A stretch of 64,000 bases of DNA. Source: Thermoproteota archaeon. Lineage in GTDB: Archaea > Asgardarchaeota > Njordarchaeia > Njordarchaeales > Panguiarchaeaceae. Numbering within the stretch: position 1 is the first letter of the stretch; each line of letters starts with the position of its first letter. Of this stretch, positions 19,784-29,202 are shown piece after piece. The position numbers were made by a program, and so were the translations under genes. Location: contig JANJXX010000001.1 of NCBI GenBank assembly GCA_024720975.1, forward strand, positions 63,408-127,407, written 5' to 3'. The notes beneath the pieces are model-generated. The model searched no databases. It was not told where the DNA came from and saw nothing but the letters and a program-made list of their open reading frames with translations.

Positions 19784-19893
19784 CTTTATCTCACCATAAG
19801 GAAGGTTTAAACTTCACAACCATGCTATCTACTCTGTCATTAAACTCTTGCTTTTCAGAACTTGACAGTTTCTAGTTCTTTCATTAAATTATA

Positions 19894-20604
19894 TTGCTTT
19901 TTTACAAATTCCATCCAGTATTCACTCAAATCGAGGCGCTGTCTATGAGCAAAATAAGAGAATTTCTTAATAAACTGGAAAAGGCAAGCACAAAGGAGTA
20001 CAACGATGTACTCAGACAAATTTCTAACGAGGTTTTAAAGGACGAGTTCAAGATTGAGCTTGAACACGCAACCTTTAGTGACATTGTTGATCTCATTATT
20101 GCCATACCTGATGATACCTTTAACGCGCTCGCTGAAAAATTCTCCAATGTTCTCTCTGATAGAATCAATGAGGGTAAACCTGAGGATTTCGGGAGACTTT
20201 TTGAGGGTCTATCAAAAGAGAAGCGAAAAACAATCTCGATGAAGTTTAGGCCTCAAGTTATTAGGAAACTGTCTGAATTCTCACTTCAAGATGTAATTAA
20301 AATGATATACTCGGTTGCGCCAGCATCGAGAGAAATTATTCTAAACCAATATAAGGAGATAATGATGCAACCTAACTTTACTAAATTGATTCTTGAAGCC
20401 ACGGTAGATAACATCGCTGAATTTCTTTCCGTGCTTCCTGAATCAATCCGAACTTCGTTTATCAATAGGCATAAGAAGTTTTTCGAAAGTGACGAATTTA
20501 TCAACAAGATCAAGGATGCCACCGAGGATTCTCGAGCAACACTATTACGCTGGCTACCTGTTGATTTATCCTCAAAAATCAGGGGACTCGTCCAACGAGG
20601 GTGA
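19894..20604 (+). CDS. Alpha-helical repeat protein (likely start at the internal MSKIR ATG)
   Basis: 35-40 aa helical repeats, MgtE-N/FliG-like appearance. Confidence 0.7.
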   Translation: MLFYKFHPVFTQIEALSMSKIREFLNKLEKASTKEYNDVLRQISNEVLKDEFKIELEHATFSDIVDLIIAIPDDTFNALAEKFSNVLSDRINEGKPEDFGRLFEGLSKEKRKTISMKFRPQVIRKLSEFSLQDVIKMIYSVAPASREIILNQYKEIMMQPNFTKLILEATVDNIAEFLSVLPESIRTSFINRHKKFFESDEFINKIKDATEDSRATLLRWLPVDLSSKIRGLVQRG

Positions 20605-20610
20605 AGTCAT

Positions 20611-21054
20611 ATGGACACTAATTTGACATTTACTGAAGCGTCTAGTGACTCGGATTTTGTCTTAGTACTTGAAAAGGGCGATGACGTTACAGAAAGCCTA
20701 AAAAAGCTCGCTAAGGAGGAAAATTTAAGTGGCTTTTTCATGGGAATTGGTGCTGTTGCTGACCCTACAATCGGCTACTTTGATGTTGAGAAGAAACAAT
20801 ATTTAAAAATGGAGTTGAAGGGTTCATATGAAGTACTTGGCCTCACAGGTAATATAAGTTTCCTGCCCGACGGAGAGCCATTTGTTCATGCACACATAAT
20901 TCTAGGAGATAGCAATCATAAGGTTCTCGGTGGACATTTATTTAGCGCTAAGGTTTCAATTACTTTGGAGCTTCTCATATTAAGAACGCAAAAGTTGCTC
21001 AGAGAGAAGAATCCAGAATTCGACTTATGGCTTATAAGCGGCGCCGAAGAATAG
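20611..21054 (+). CDS. PPC domain (DUF296) protein
   Basis: GIGAV, EVLGLTGNI, HAHIILG, GGHL. Confidence 0.92.
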   Translation: MDTNLTFTEASSDSDFVLVLEKGDDVTESLKKLAKEENLSGFFMGIGAVADPTIGYFDVEKKQYLKMELKGSYEVLGLTGNISFLPDGEPFVHAHIILGDSNHKVLGGHLFSAKVSITLELLILRTQKLLREKNPEFDLWLISGAEE

Positions 21055-21079
21055 TGTTTTAGGACTAGATGAGCGGAAA

Positions 21080-21628
21080 ATGAGTAACAATCTCGTGGAG
21101 AAAAAGCTTAATGCTATTTTTTCAACTCTAAGAAAGATAGAAAAAATGCTCGAATACTTCCTAGGCGTGCGATCTAAATATGTGGGAATAGCAGCTGAGA
21201 AAATCACCGAAGCAGCTCTTAATGAACTATCTAGAAGAGGTGGACTTCAGCTAGGAGATGAGATCATACCACCAATAAAGATCATCGGAAGGAACATCAA
21301 GGGAAAGAATTATGAGATCGACATATTAGGTGAAGATGCTTCTTCCCGCAAGTGGATTATTGAGGTAACAACCTACCCAATATTTACCATATCACACGCT
21401 GAAAAATTTTATAGACGCGTTGAAAAGTGGCTCGCTGACAATGATGAGAGACCTTGTTTCTTATTGATAGCTTATGAGGGTATAGATCACGGTTTGTATT
21501 ATTTCCTGAAAGACCGCTTGTCAAAATTTTGCGAGGAAGTTATAATTTTAGATAAATTGAGGAGTGAAGAATTCCTACAAACTTGCTTAGACAAATCCAA
21601 ATATCGCCTAGATAAGGCACCGTGGTGA
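21080..21628 (+). CDS. PD-(D/E)xK-like restriction-endonuclease-fold protein
   Basis: GIAAE...EIDILG...WIIEVT pattern after an N-terminal coiled coil. Confidence 0.65.
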   Translation: MSNNLVEKKLNAIFSTLRKIEKMLEYFLGVRSKYVGIAAEKITEAALNELSRRGGLQLGDEIIPPIKIIGRNIKGKNYEIDILGEDASSRKWIIEVTTYPIFTISHAEKFYRRVEKWLADNDERPCFLLIAYEGIDHGLYYFLKDRLSKFCEEVIILDKLRSEEFLQTCLDKSKYRLDKAPW

Positions 21629-21719
21629 TATGCTTTATCCCTCAAGAAATATCCCTGCAAATAATAACTCCAAAACTCAAAATATTACCGGGGCTCTAAC
21701 AATTTGCTGGTGCATACCA

Positions 21720-22409
21720 ATGAACAGCGTGCGCATAGGACTTTTCTCTATAGACTTCGTACCTAAGACTAGCTGGCACAGAAGCATCGCAAGACTTGCC
21801 TGTGGACACATTTGGTTCGGGCGTAAAAGGATTAATATCCCTTTGATTTATAGAAGTACTTTCAACCGAGTTTGGCGGCGGATTCGACAGAGGGAACTCT
21901 TAAGGGTTAGCTACAAATGCGAAATATGTGGTTCCTCAAATCGTCTCCAAGTTCACGAAATTTGGGAATATGTCAAGGACCAGAGAAGACAAAGACTTAG
22001 AGGATATCGAGTCCTTTGCTCAAATTGTCATAGGGTACATCACTCTAGCTATCTAATTAGAAAGGGCGATGTAAGCTGGCTCGTCGATTACATTATAAGC
22101 GTGAATAGAATGAGGGAGATCCAATTGAGCCGAGTAAAAGTATTAGGAGATCTTCAGAGGGCTTACCGAATCTGGATCGAACGGTCAAATTTCCTGTGGT
22201 ATATTGATATTAGTTCTGAGAGGTATCTCCATGGTCTTCATTCAATTGCCGATATACTACTAAATTACTGGATCTATGTCTATAGAAGAAATTCATTGAT
22301 CAACTGGTTTGAAAGAAAACCTAATTTCGCAAACTTTAATTCCACGATGCACTGTCTGGAGCATCTCAAATTGAATTTTTTTGAAAAACTTTTTGTAAGA
22401 AGCTATTAG
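21720..22409 (+). CDS. HNH-type Zn-binding endonuclease
   Basis: IDFVPKTSW; CEICG...LQVHEIWEY...LCSNCHRVHH; likely start ATG 21720. Confidence 0.8.
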   Translation: MNSVRIGLFSIDFVPKTSWHRSIARLACGHIWFGRKRINIPLIYRSTFNRVWRRIRQRELLRVSYKCEICGSSNRLQVHEIWEYVKDQRRQRLRGYRVLCSNCHRVHHSSYLIRKGDVSWLVDYIISVNRMREIQLSRVKVLGDLQRAYRIWIERSNFLWYIDISSERYLHGLHSIADILLNYWIYVYRRNSLINWFERKPNFANFNSTMHCLEHLKLNFFEKLFVRSY

Positions 22410-24003
22410 TTCTTATGCCTGCCACAAGGGCTCCTTCTACTATTATGTTAGCAAAATTAATCACTGGGAACGATAGTATTGTTTCTTTCATAATTTCATA
22501 ATCAGCTTTTTTGATGACACCAATTGATGCAAGCACAAATAGGTATACAATTCCTATCCAGAATGCTGCCAACACTATTAGTAGCACGTAACTTAACAGT
22601 GAATCTCCAAGAATTTTCAACACTACTTTTGTCCCTAGCCCATGTTCTCTAGTTAGATAGAACAAAAAAATCGATACAGCAAACATCTTAATTGTACTAG
22701 GCCCAGCTGGTTTAGCTTTGTATCGCTTGTAAAGATAAATAAATCCAACTAATGTGTAGACAAGATATAAGGAGAACAAAGCATAGGGAATAAGCCATAA
22801 GGTTTCTACAAATCCTAATCTCTGACAGGTAGTAAATACCACAAGACTAATTCCAGTGCCTGAAAGACTCATTGTTGCTATTGTTTTGGTTTTTTTAAGC
22901 GCCAGGAGAAGGGATGAAATCACATCCCAGCCTATTATACTTAGCAAAAATACTGACATGAGGTATGATAAAATATCCCCTGCAAGTGCATATGCGTTGC
23001 CATAAACAATACTAACACATATATTTGAAAAACCACCTAGGATAAGCCAGAAGTAAACCAAAATCGTTGCCGAAAATTTTGCAGCTGGACCATAGAATAT
23101 ATCTATGTTCTTGCTAATCATTTCGAATGATTCGGAAAAACTTGGAAGGAACGATATGCTGAGTGCATTCGGTATTACTGAAGCTGCAGAAAATATTAAC
23201 CAGGCTGCACTAAAGTTTCCATACATTTCATTGTCTAAAATTGAAGCTGCGATTATGTTGTAGAATTGAAAACTAATCGTTATCATAAGCATTCCAATGG
23301 CATATGGAATACCATATTTTAACATTGGCAACGCAAGTTTAAGGTTTATGCCGACTCCCCTTAAAGATCTCAGAGCTTGCGCAAGATATATGACTGCTAT
23401 TAGACTATACCCTAAAGCTTGTCCAACCAAAGCCATTATCGTCTTCCCGGAATTTATGTAGAAAGTAATTGCCAGGAAGTTTCTTACTATAGAAGCCGCT
23501 ATCATAAATAGTGCTACCATTTTCTGCTTTTCAAAACTGAGGAAACCGCCATTTATCACACTGCTGACAATTGCATAAAATACGATTAGGCTTGCTACCT
23601 GCAAGTAAGGGGTCAAGTATTCCCTATTAAACAAGAGTGCCGAAAGGAAACTGGATGAGGCTATTATGAATGCTACGAAGAATGCAGACTGAAGACAAAC
23701 AACTAACAATGCCGATTTAAAGTATTCCAATGCTCTTCTTGGGTCACTACTTCGCAGCGATGCTGTGTAAAATGTTACAGCACGACCTACCCCAAGATCT
23801 CCTATAGCTGATATTATTGACGGAATAATTAATGCTGCTGCATAAAGTCCATAGTTTTCGGGGCCCATCAGTCTTGCTAGCCATATTGTAGCCAAGACGG
23901 AGATCAGTATATTTAGCATCGATCCCAGCGCCAGCCATTCGAATCTTTGATATGTCTTGTATACAGTTCTTCTATAGATATCTTCGTACATTGGATGCAC
24001 CAC
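22366..24003 (-). CDS. Oligosaccharide flippase (Wzx/RfbX-like MOP family)
   Basis: ARLMGPENYGLY, DLGV, 12-14 TM helices. Confidence 0.88.
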   Translation of the reverse strand: MVHPMYEDIYRRTVYKTYQRFEWLALGSMLNILISVLATIWLARLMGPENYGLYAAALIIPSIISAIGDLGVGRAVTFYTASLRSSDPRRALEYFKSALLVVCLQSAFFVAFIIASSSFLSALLFNREYLTPYLQVASLIVFYAIVSSVINGGFLSFEKQKMVALFMIAASIVRNFLAITFYINSGKTIMALVGQALGYSLIAVIYLAQALRSLRGVGINLKLALPMLKYGIPYAIGMLMITISFQFYNIIAASILDNEMYGNFSAAWLIFSAASVIPNALSISFLPSFSESFEMISKNIDIFYGPAAKFSATILVYFWLILGGFSNICVSIVYGNAYALAGDILSYLMSVFLLSIIGWDVISSLLLALKKTKTIATMSLSGTGISLVVFTTCQRLGFVETLWLIPYALFSLYLVYTLVGFIYLYKRYKAKPAGPSTIKMFAVSIFLFYLTREHGLGTKVVLKILGDSLLSYVLLIVLAAFWIGIVYLFVLASIGVIKKADYEIMKETILSFPVINFANIIVEGALVAGIRTNSFLQKVFQKNSI

Positions 24004-24103
24004 CTCAATAACTTAGATCTTGCAGGCTCTGATTTGCTTAGGAATTCCCCAGACTTTAGGCGTTTACTAAAAAACGAATAAAAGTCATTTAAGAAATGCT
24101 AAG

Positions 24104-24925
24104 TTGGAGTTTCAAATGACCTCCTCAATTAAATTCAAGAATGAGGAAGCAGCACTGTTCTACGAAATACTACGAGAGAGCAAATCGCAGATTCTCAGAT
24201 TCTTGAAAGATAAGAAAGTTGTGGGAACGAATCCACATGGTGAAGCTACTAGATTTTTTGACAAAGCAATAGAAAGTACGATCATAAGTAAACTCAGGAA
24301 GAAGGGTTTTGAGGGTACAATTATTGGTGAAGAACTTGGAGAATTTAGATGCAAAGACCGTGGGTTAGTTTATATCGATCCTCTGGATGGAAGTCTAAAT
24401 TTAGTCCGTGGCATCGATTTTTACTGTCTAAGTTTAGCATATGCCGCAGGACCAAATATAAAGGAGCTCAAGGTTGGATTCATATGGGATATACCAAGAG
24501 ATACTATATACTTTGCCGAGAGGGATCACGGTGCTTTCAAACTTAAGGACAAGAAAATAGTTCGATTAGTTGCCCCACAGGAGGTGGACGAAATCATCAT
24601 AGACGTAGGTTTCACAACAAACGAACACTGCTTAAGAGAAATTCGAAGTAGAGGGACTCTTAGACGCATGGGTTCAATTGCATTATCCGCAGCGTTTGTA
24701 GCGGATGGCAGGTTTGATGGTGTATTCGATATGGGGGACCTCAAGGTCACGGATGCGATAGCGGCATACCTGATAGTTAAGGAAGCTGGTGGATATGCCT
24801 TTTTGAGTACCTCAGATATAAGCAGAAATTCTAGAGTTAAATTCATAGCCGCGCGCAATAAAGCACTTTTTGACTGGCTCCTCGAACTGTACAACAGACA
24901 TATTAAAGTGTTAACGAATGAATAA
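24104..24925 (+). CDS. suhB: Inositol monophosphatase / FBPase (archaeal bifunctional type)
   Basis: GEE, IDPLDGSLN, RRMGSIAL, DAIAAYLIVKEAGG. Confidence 0.9.
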   Translation: MEFQMTSSIKFKNEEAALFYEILRESKSQILRFLKDKKVVGTNPHGEATRFFDKAIESTIISKLRKKGFEGTIIGEELGEFRCKDRGLVYIDPLDGSLNLVRGIDFYCLSLAYAAGPNIKELKVGFIWDIPRDTIYFAERDHGAFKLKDKKIVRLVAPQEVDEIIIDVGFTTNEHCLREIRSRGTLRRMGSIALSAAFVADGRFDGVFDMGDLKVTDAIAAYLIVKEAGGYAFLSTSDISRNSRVKFIAARNKALFDWLLELYNRHIKVLTNE

Positions 24926-25853
24926 GAACATAAAGGAGACCGTACTGGACTTGTGCGAAGAGGGAGATTTAAGGAGGGTGCTGCTATTCTTAGAATCCCT
25001 CCCCGAGAAACACAAAGTTGGCGCTATAATGCTATGTGCGCAAAGAGCTCTAGCTAAGAATCCGCAGATCTTCTGGGAGATTGCAAAGCTACTATTTCCG
25101 AGCTATTGGTTTGTTAAGCTGATGTGCTTATCTATATACGGTAATAGACATCTTTGGAGAAAATTCTATGAAGCAGCTCTCTCGGCAATTGATCAAATTA
25201 GCTTAGGCTATAGAAGCATCTCATATGCAACTTTGTCACAACCAATAGCAGACTTAAGTAGCCTGGAAGCCATCAAGATTATTAATAAAGCCCTAAACTT
25301 GCTTCCTTTTTCATACGAAGACCTAGCGGGAGGTGCTGCCATTATACTGTGTGATGTTTTACCCAAGATAAACTCAAAGGCTTACCAATATACGCTTACA
25401 TTAGCGAATATTGTAAGCAGTTTACCAGCGATAAATGTTGTATCTAAAATTGATATACTCTCACGCCTAGCAATAATAGCAAACAACATCAACATTAAAC
25501 TTGCCGATGAACTCGTAGAGAGGATACTAAAATTAATCCCTAGGGTTGATCCTCTAGAACTTATCGAGGTTGAAATTGTAGCCGTAAACTTATTATCAAA
25601 ACTATACAAAAATCGTGAGAATGAACTACTAGAACTTGCGAAAAATAGCGATTCAGAAAAACTGAGTAAGATAGTGAGAATGACTCTTATGAGAATGATA
25701 AAGGACCTACCAGACAGTGGGCAAGATCGCGACATATGGAGAGAGCATGATGATGTTTTGAATGAACTTCAGGACGTGCTAAAAAGAAGAGCTGAGTTGA
25801 AGAAAAGGCTTTCGAGAGAACTCGACAAAATATTGAAGCGACGCAGTTTATAA
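24918..25853 (+). CDS. Hypothetical alpha-helical protein
   Basis: 311-aa ORF overlapping the suhB stop; amphipathic helices. Confidence 0.7.
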   Translation: MNKNIKETVLDLCEEGDLRRVLLFLESLPEKHKVGAIMLCAQRALAKNPQIFWEIAKLLFPSYWFVKLMCLSIYGNRHLWRKFYEAALSAIDQISLGYRSISYATLSQPIADLSSLEAIKIINKALNLLPFSYEDLAGGAAIILCDVLPKINSKAYQYTLTLANIVSSLPAINVVSKIDILSRLAIIANNINIKLADELVERILKLIPRVDPLELIEVEIVAVNLLSKLYKNRENELLELAKNSDSEKLSKIVRMTLMRMIKDLPDSGQDRDIWREHDDVLNELQDVLKRRAELKKRLSRELDKILKRRSL

Positions 25854-26012
25854 CCGTTTTATCTCACAATCAAACTCCCGCTAAAATCTCATATGTTTTA
25901 TGACACTACAAAGATAACTTCACTAGAAAGAAGAGTGCTACAAACAACAATGCACAGTTTTAATATTTGCATAGATATAAGATATATACTCTAAGGCTAA
26001 TCGCATTGCCCT

Positions 26013-26063
26013 GTGATGAGAAAGTTCCAACTCTGAACTGATGAAGAATCCGCGAGGCTCTGA
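26013..26063 (+). ncRNA. Box C/D methylation-guide sRNA
   Basis: C box GTGATGA 26013-19, D' CTGA 26033-36, C' TGATGA 26039-44, D CTGA 26060-63; guides of 13 and 15 nt; TATA-like GATATATA ~25 nt upstream; intergenic. Confidence 0.85.
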
Positions 26064-26585
26064 TTAAATTCCGGCTAATTTTTGACTTAGAATTGAGGTA
26101 GCCTTTATTATAACACAAAAAGATTCGGGGGTGCCAAATTTGAATACTTTTTTAAGCCTTGAAACAATTCGCATAGCATCCCTCTTTGAGCTCACCGGAT
26201 TTTCGAACAGACTCCTTATAAAAAGAACAGTGGCCCTGTATATCGATTCAGAAACACTATCGGTATGATCAGCTTCTATTGCATTAAGCTCTTCTTGGAG
26301 AGCATACAAAAGCTTCCGCAATGATTCTACTTTGTAACCTCTAATGCTTCTTAAACTTTCCTCGGCATCTCCTACTTTCTTAATGTAGTCCGCAAATAGT
26401 TTCGTTACTCTTGCACTGTAGTGTATATTCATAGACCTATATAAGGTGTAGAAAACCCTATGTTTTTCGTCAGTTTGAGCCATCATATTTAGGTGATTTT
26501 CAAGCTCTTTTATGTGTGTAAATGTATTGCTACAAACCGGACACTCCACATTAATGGCCTCTTCCGGTTGCGTCAATCTAAACAC
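26064..26585 (-). CDS. C2H2-like zinc-finger protein
   Basis: CPVC..F.....L..H........EKH, followed by a helical domain. Confidence 0.7.
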   Translation of the reverse strand: MFRLTQPEEAINVECPVCSNTFTHIKELENHLNMMAQTDEKHRVFYTLYRSMNIHYSARVTKLFADYIKKVGDAEESLRSIRGYKVESLRKLLYALQEELNAIEADHTDSVSESIYRATVLFIRSLFENPVSSKRDAMRIVSRLKKVFKFGTPESFCVIIKATSILSQKLAGI

Positions 26586-26681
26586 CAGTGTCTCTATAGA
26601 GAAGTCTAGACATTGAAAGGCCTCCGATTAATTCATTTTAGTGCATTTGAGGAGATATAATGCAATCATTTTTGCAGTTAC

Positions 26682-26902
26682 GACTGAAAGCCTCGCCTCC
26701 TAGGGCTTAGGATAATGTAGTGAGTTTTTTAATCGTATCTTCAGCGTGTTCTATTAATTTGGATTGTATCCCCTGAGTCCTGCATTATGCAGGATAGAAG
26801 TAATGCGCTTAAACCGAGCACAGGGCTGAACCTGCGGGAGCCAGGAATGTAGCTCCAAACCTCCCCAGAACCCTCGCTCTTCAGAATGGGCGAGGAAGTC
26901 AG
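26682..26902 (+). mobile_element. Non-autonomous IS200/IS605-family element (PATE/MITE-like) with omega-RNA-like right end
   Basis: TTAC immediately left; AAAG plus degenerate hairpin at left end; GAAC plus CCTCGCTC/GGGCGAGG hairpin and terminal TCAG at right end; no tnpA/tnpB ORF. Confidence 0.78.
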
Positions 26903-27284
26903 TGTTTTGCAACCGAGAAGGAATGCTTTCTAAACAGAAAGGTCATAAAAATAATGCGAGCAGAATTTGTGGGTACCTTGTTGATTATTTCAATCCAAAC
27001 CCTGAGGATATCAAGGCCTTAAATATAGGTGCCCAAGAAGTTGAGGGTCCAGCTTCCTCAAAAGTCATCCTATCAATAGATTAAGGTTCGTATATCAAAC
27101 TGCGCAACAAAGTATACCTAAATTGAGGATAGATGCCATAATTCTTTGGCAGGCCTAAGAGAAAGAATTCAGTCAGAATTACTTCTGGGAGAAAACTAGA
27201 AATATGAAATATTTAGCATTTAATTCAGATAAAACCAAAAAGCGTTGCAGGCCTTTTGATTTGTGCTGATTAACGGTGCTTTAG

Positions 27285-28568
27285 ATGCGACTGAGAGTTT
27301 GCAAGGGGCGCAATATCTTTCTTGTGGGTTACCTTAAGATAAGGGTTCTCTCTGGTACTATTGACATTTTTGGAAAAAAATTCAAGGAGAACGAAACTGC
27401 CGAGATCAAGCGATTAACCTCAGCACCCCTTGTTGCTTTAGAAGATTCTGATATTGAGATAGAATTCGGTCCTGATGGCTATATTGCTGGAGTTAACTTT
27501 GAGTTATTACCCCAGCAATGGAGAGAATGCGTCAATGAAATACTAGGATTAAAAGTCCCTGCAAAGGTCTTAGTTATAGCTGATGTCGATTCTGGAAAAT
27601 CTGGATTTATTTGTTATGCTGCAAATTCAATTCTTGAGGCAGGCAAAAAAGTTGTGATAATTAACACTGACACTGGTCAGAGTGAAATGAACCCACCCAC
27701 AACAATAGGCTTAGCATGCGTCGAGAATCAAATAATACATCTCTCCGAGCTTAAGCACGCGAAGGCTTTCTTCGTCGGTTCAACATCACCAGCAGGCCTA
27801 TTCAACAGGTCTATAACTGGTGTCATAAAAATGTTACTAGAGGCACAAAAATTGAGTCCTGATTTCATATTGATTAATACAACGGGTTGGGTTCATGGCC
27901 CAGGAGGTCGAGAGCTTAAAGAAACTAAATTGTTGGCTATAGACCCCGACTATATAGTATTCATAGAGAAAGTGCCTGGAGAGTTGGAATATCTAACGAC
28001 CATATCTAGTAAGCTAGGTAAAAGATTCAAGGTTATACCCGCTGCTCCGAGGCTAAGAACCCGAGGTCGAGAAGAAAGAAGAGATCTTCGTAAGCAATAT
28101 TATACAAAAGAATTTGAAGGCGCTAGAGAGATATACATATCGACTGACGATGTAGCTTTTATGTACTCGTACTTTGGCACTGGACTTCCGTTAGATGCCG
28201 AGGAGCTTATGATAATAGCACAAACACTCGGCTTCGTTCCGGAGTATTCAGAAAAGACACCGGATTTAATATTAATCATTACGGAGAGAAACATCCCTCA
28301 GGAGAAAACTGAGCTACTCTCAAAAAAACTTGGCAGGCAGGTAAGAATCTTACAACCATCCGCATTTGAGAATCTTCTAGTCGGCTTATTAGATGAAAAT
28401 GCTAACTTGTTGGCATCAGGCATAATAAGAAGATTCGATCCTGCATCTAGAACACTTAGTATATTAACCAAAGTGGATCCAGAGAAAGTTCGCATAATTG
28501 CTCTTGGTAGAATAAAAGTCACGCAAGAAATGGAAGAAGTCGAGTGGTTAGAGCCCTGGTATATATAA
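27285..28568 (+). CDS. clp1: Clp1/Nol9/Grc3 family polynucleotide 5'-OH kinase
   Basis: DVDSGKS, DTGQSE..PPTTIG, INTTGW, R..ERR..R, LLVGL. Confidence 0.9.
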   Translation: MRLRVCKGRNIFLVGYLKIRVLSGTIDIFGKKFKENETAEIKRLTSAPLVALEDSDIEIEFGPDGYIAGVNFELLPQQWRECVNEILGLKVPAKVLVIADVDSGKSGFICYAANSILEAGKKVVIINTDTGQSEMNPPTTIGLACVENQIIHLSELKHAKAFFVGSTSPAGLFNRSITGVIKMLLEAQKLSPDFILINTTGWVHGPGGRELKETKLLAIDPDYIVFIEKVPGELEYLTTISSKLGKRFKVIPAAPRLRTRGREERRDLRKQYYTKEFEGAREIYISTDDVAFMYSYFGTGLPLDAEELMIIAQTLGFVPEYSEKTPDLILIITERNIPQEKTELLSKKLGRQVRILQPSAFENLLVGLLDENANLLASGIIRRFDPASRTLSILTKVDPEKVRIIALGRIKVTQEMEEVEWLEPWYI

Positions 28569-28667
28569 CATTAGAGTAATACATTAAATGTCTTCCCTTA
28601 AAAACCTAATTGAAATTTTATAATAGAAGTATTAAAATATGCTTGCGACGGCGAAGGGAGAAACGGG

Positions 28668-29132
28668 ATGGGCATTATTAGCGTCCCCAAGAAAGTTTAC
28701 ATAGCAACAGTTTCAGCTGAGGGTGATACTCCTCTCAATGCCTTCGACAACTGCTTGGTCAAAGCTGGACTAGGAAACGTTAGCTTAATCAAGGTAACTT
28801 CAGTACTTCCACCAAAGATAAAAATCCTAGAAAAACCTCCCAAGTACCCTCCAGGTTCAAATGTTCCATCAATTTACGCATATACAATTTCAAGCGAACC
28901 TGGGTCTATAATTTCGGCTGCAGTAGCATTGGCTCCGACTGAAAATTTAACTCTCGTAGCCGAACACACGGCTATAGGCAAAGAAGAGAAACAAGTCCAG
29001 GAGGAAGTAATAGAGATAGTCAAAGAAATGGCCCGCTCTAGGAACTTGAAGATTGAAAACATAATCGTAAAGTCTGTTGCTCATAAAGTTGAGAAGGTTG
29101 GTTGTGCTCTGGTAGTTGTTGCTCAGATGTAG
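28668..29132 (+). CDS. pdaD: Pyruvoyl-dependent arginine decarboxylase
   Basis: EGDTPLNAFDNCL..AGLGNVSLIKVTSVLPP. Confidence 0.92.
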   Translation: MGIISVPKKVYIATVSAEGDTPLNAFDNCLVKAGLGNVSLIKVTSVLPPKIKILEKPPKYPPGSNVPSIYAYTISSEPGSIISAAVALAPTENLTLVAEHTAIGKEEKQVQEEVIEIVKEMARSRNLKIENIIVKSVAHKVEKVGCALVVVAQM

Positions 29133-29202
29133 AATCGAAAGAATTCATCTATTCAATTATTTTTTATTTTGCTTACCTTTATTGTCTATCCATTATGTCT
29201 TC

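Noticed and set aside
26902-27084. 60-aa ORF right after the IS605-like element
   Set aside because: No SD or motif; it starts at the element boundary and is likely spurious.
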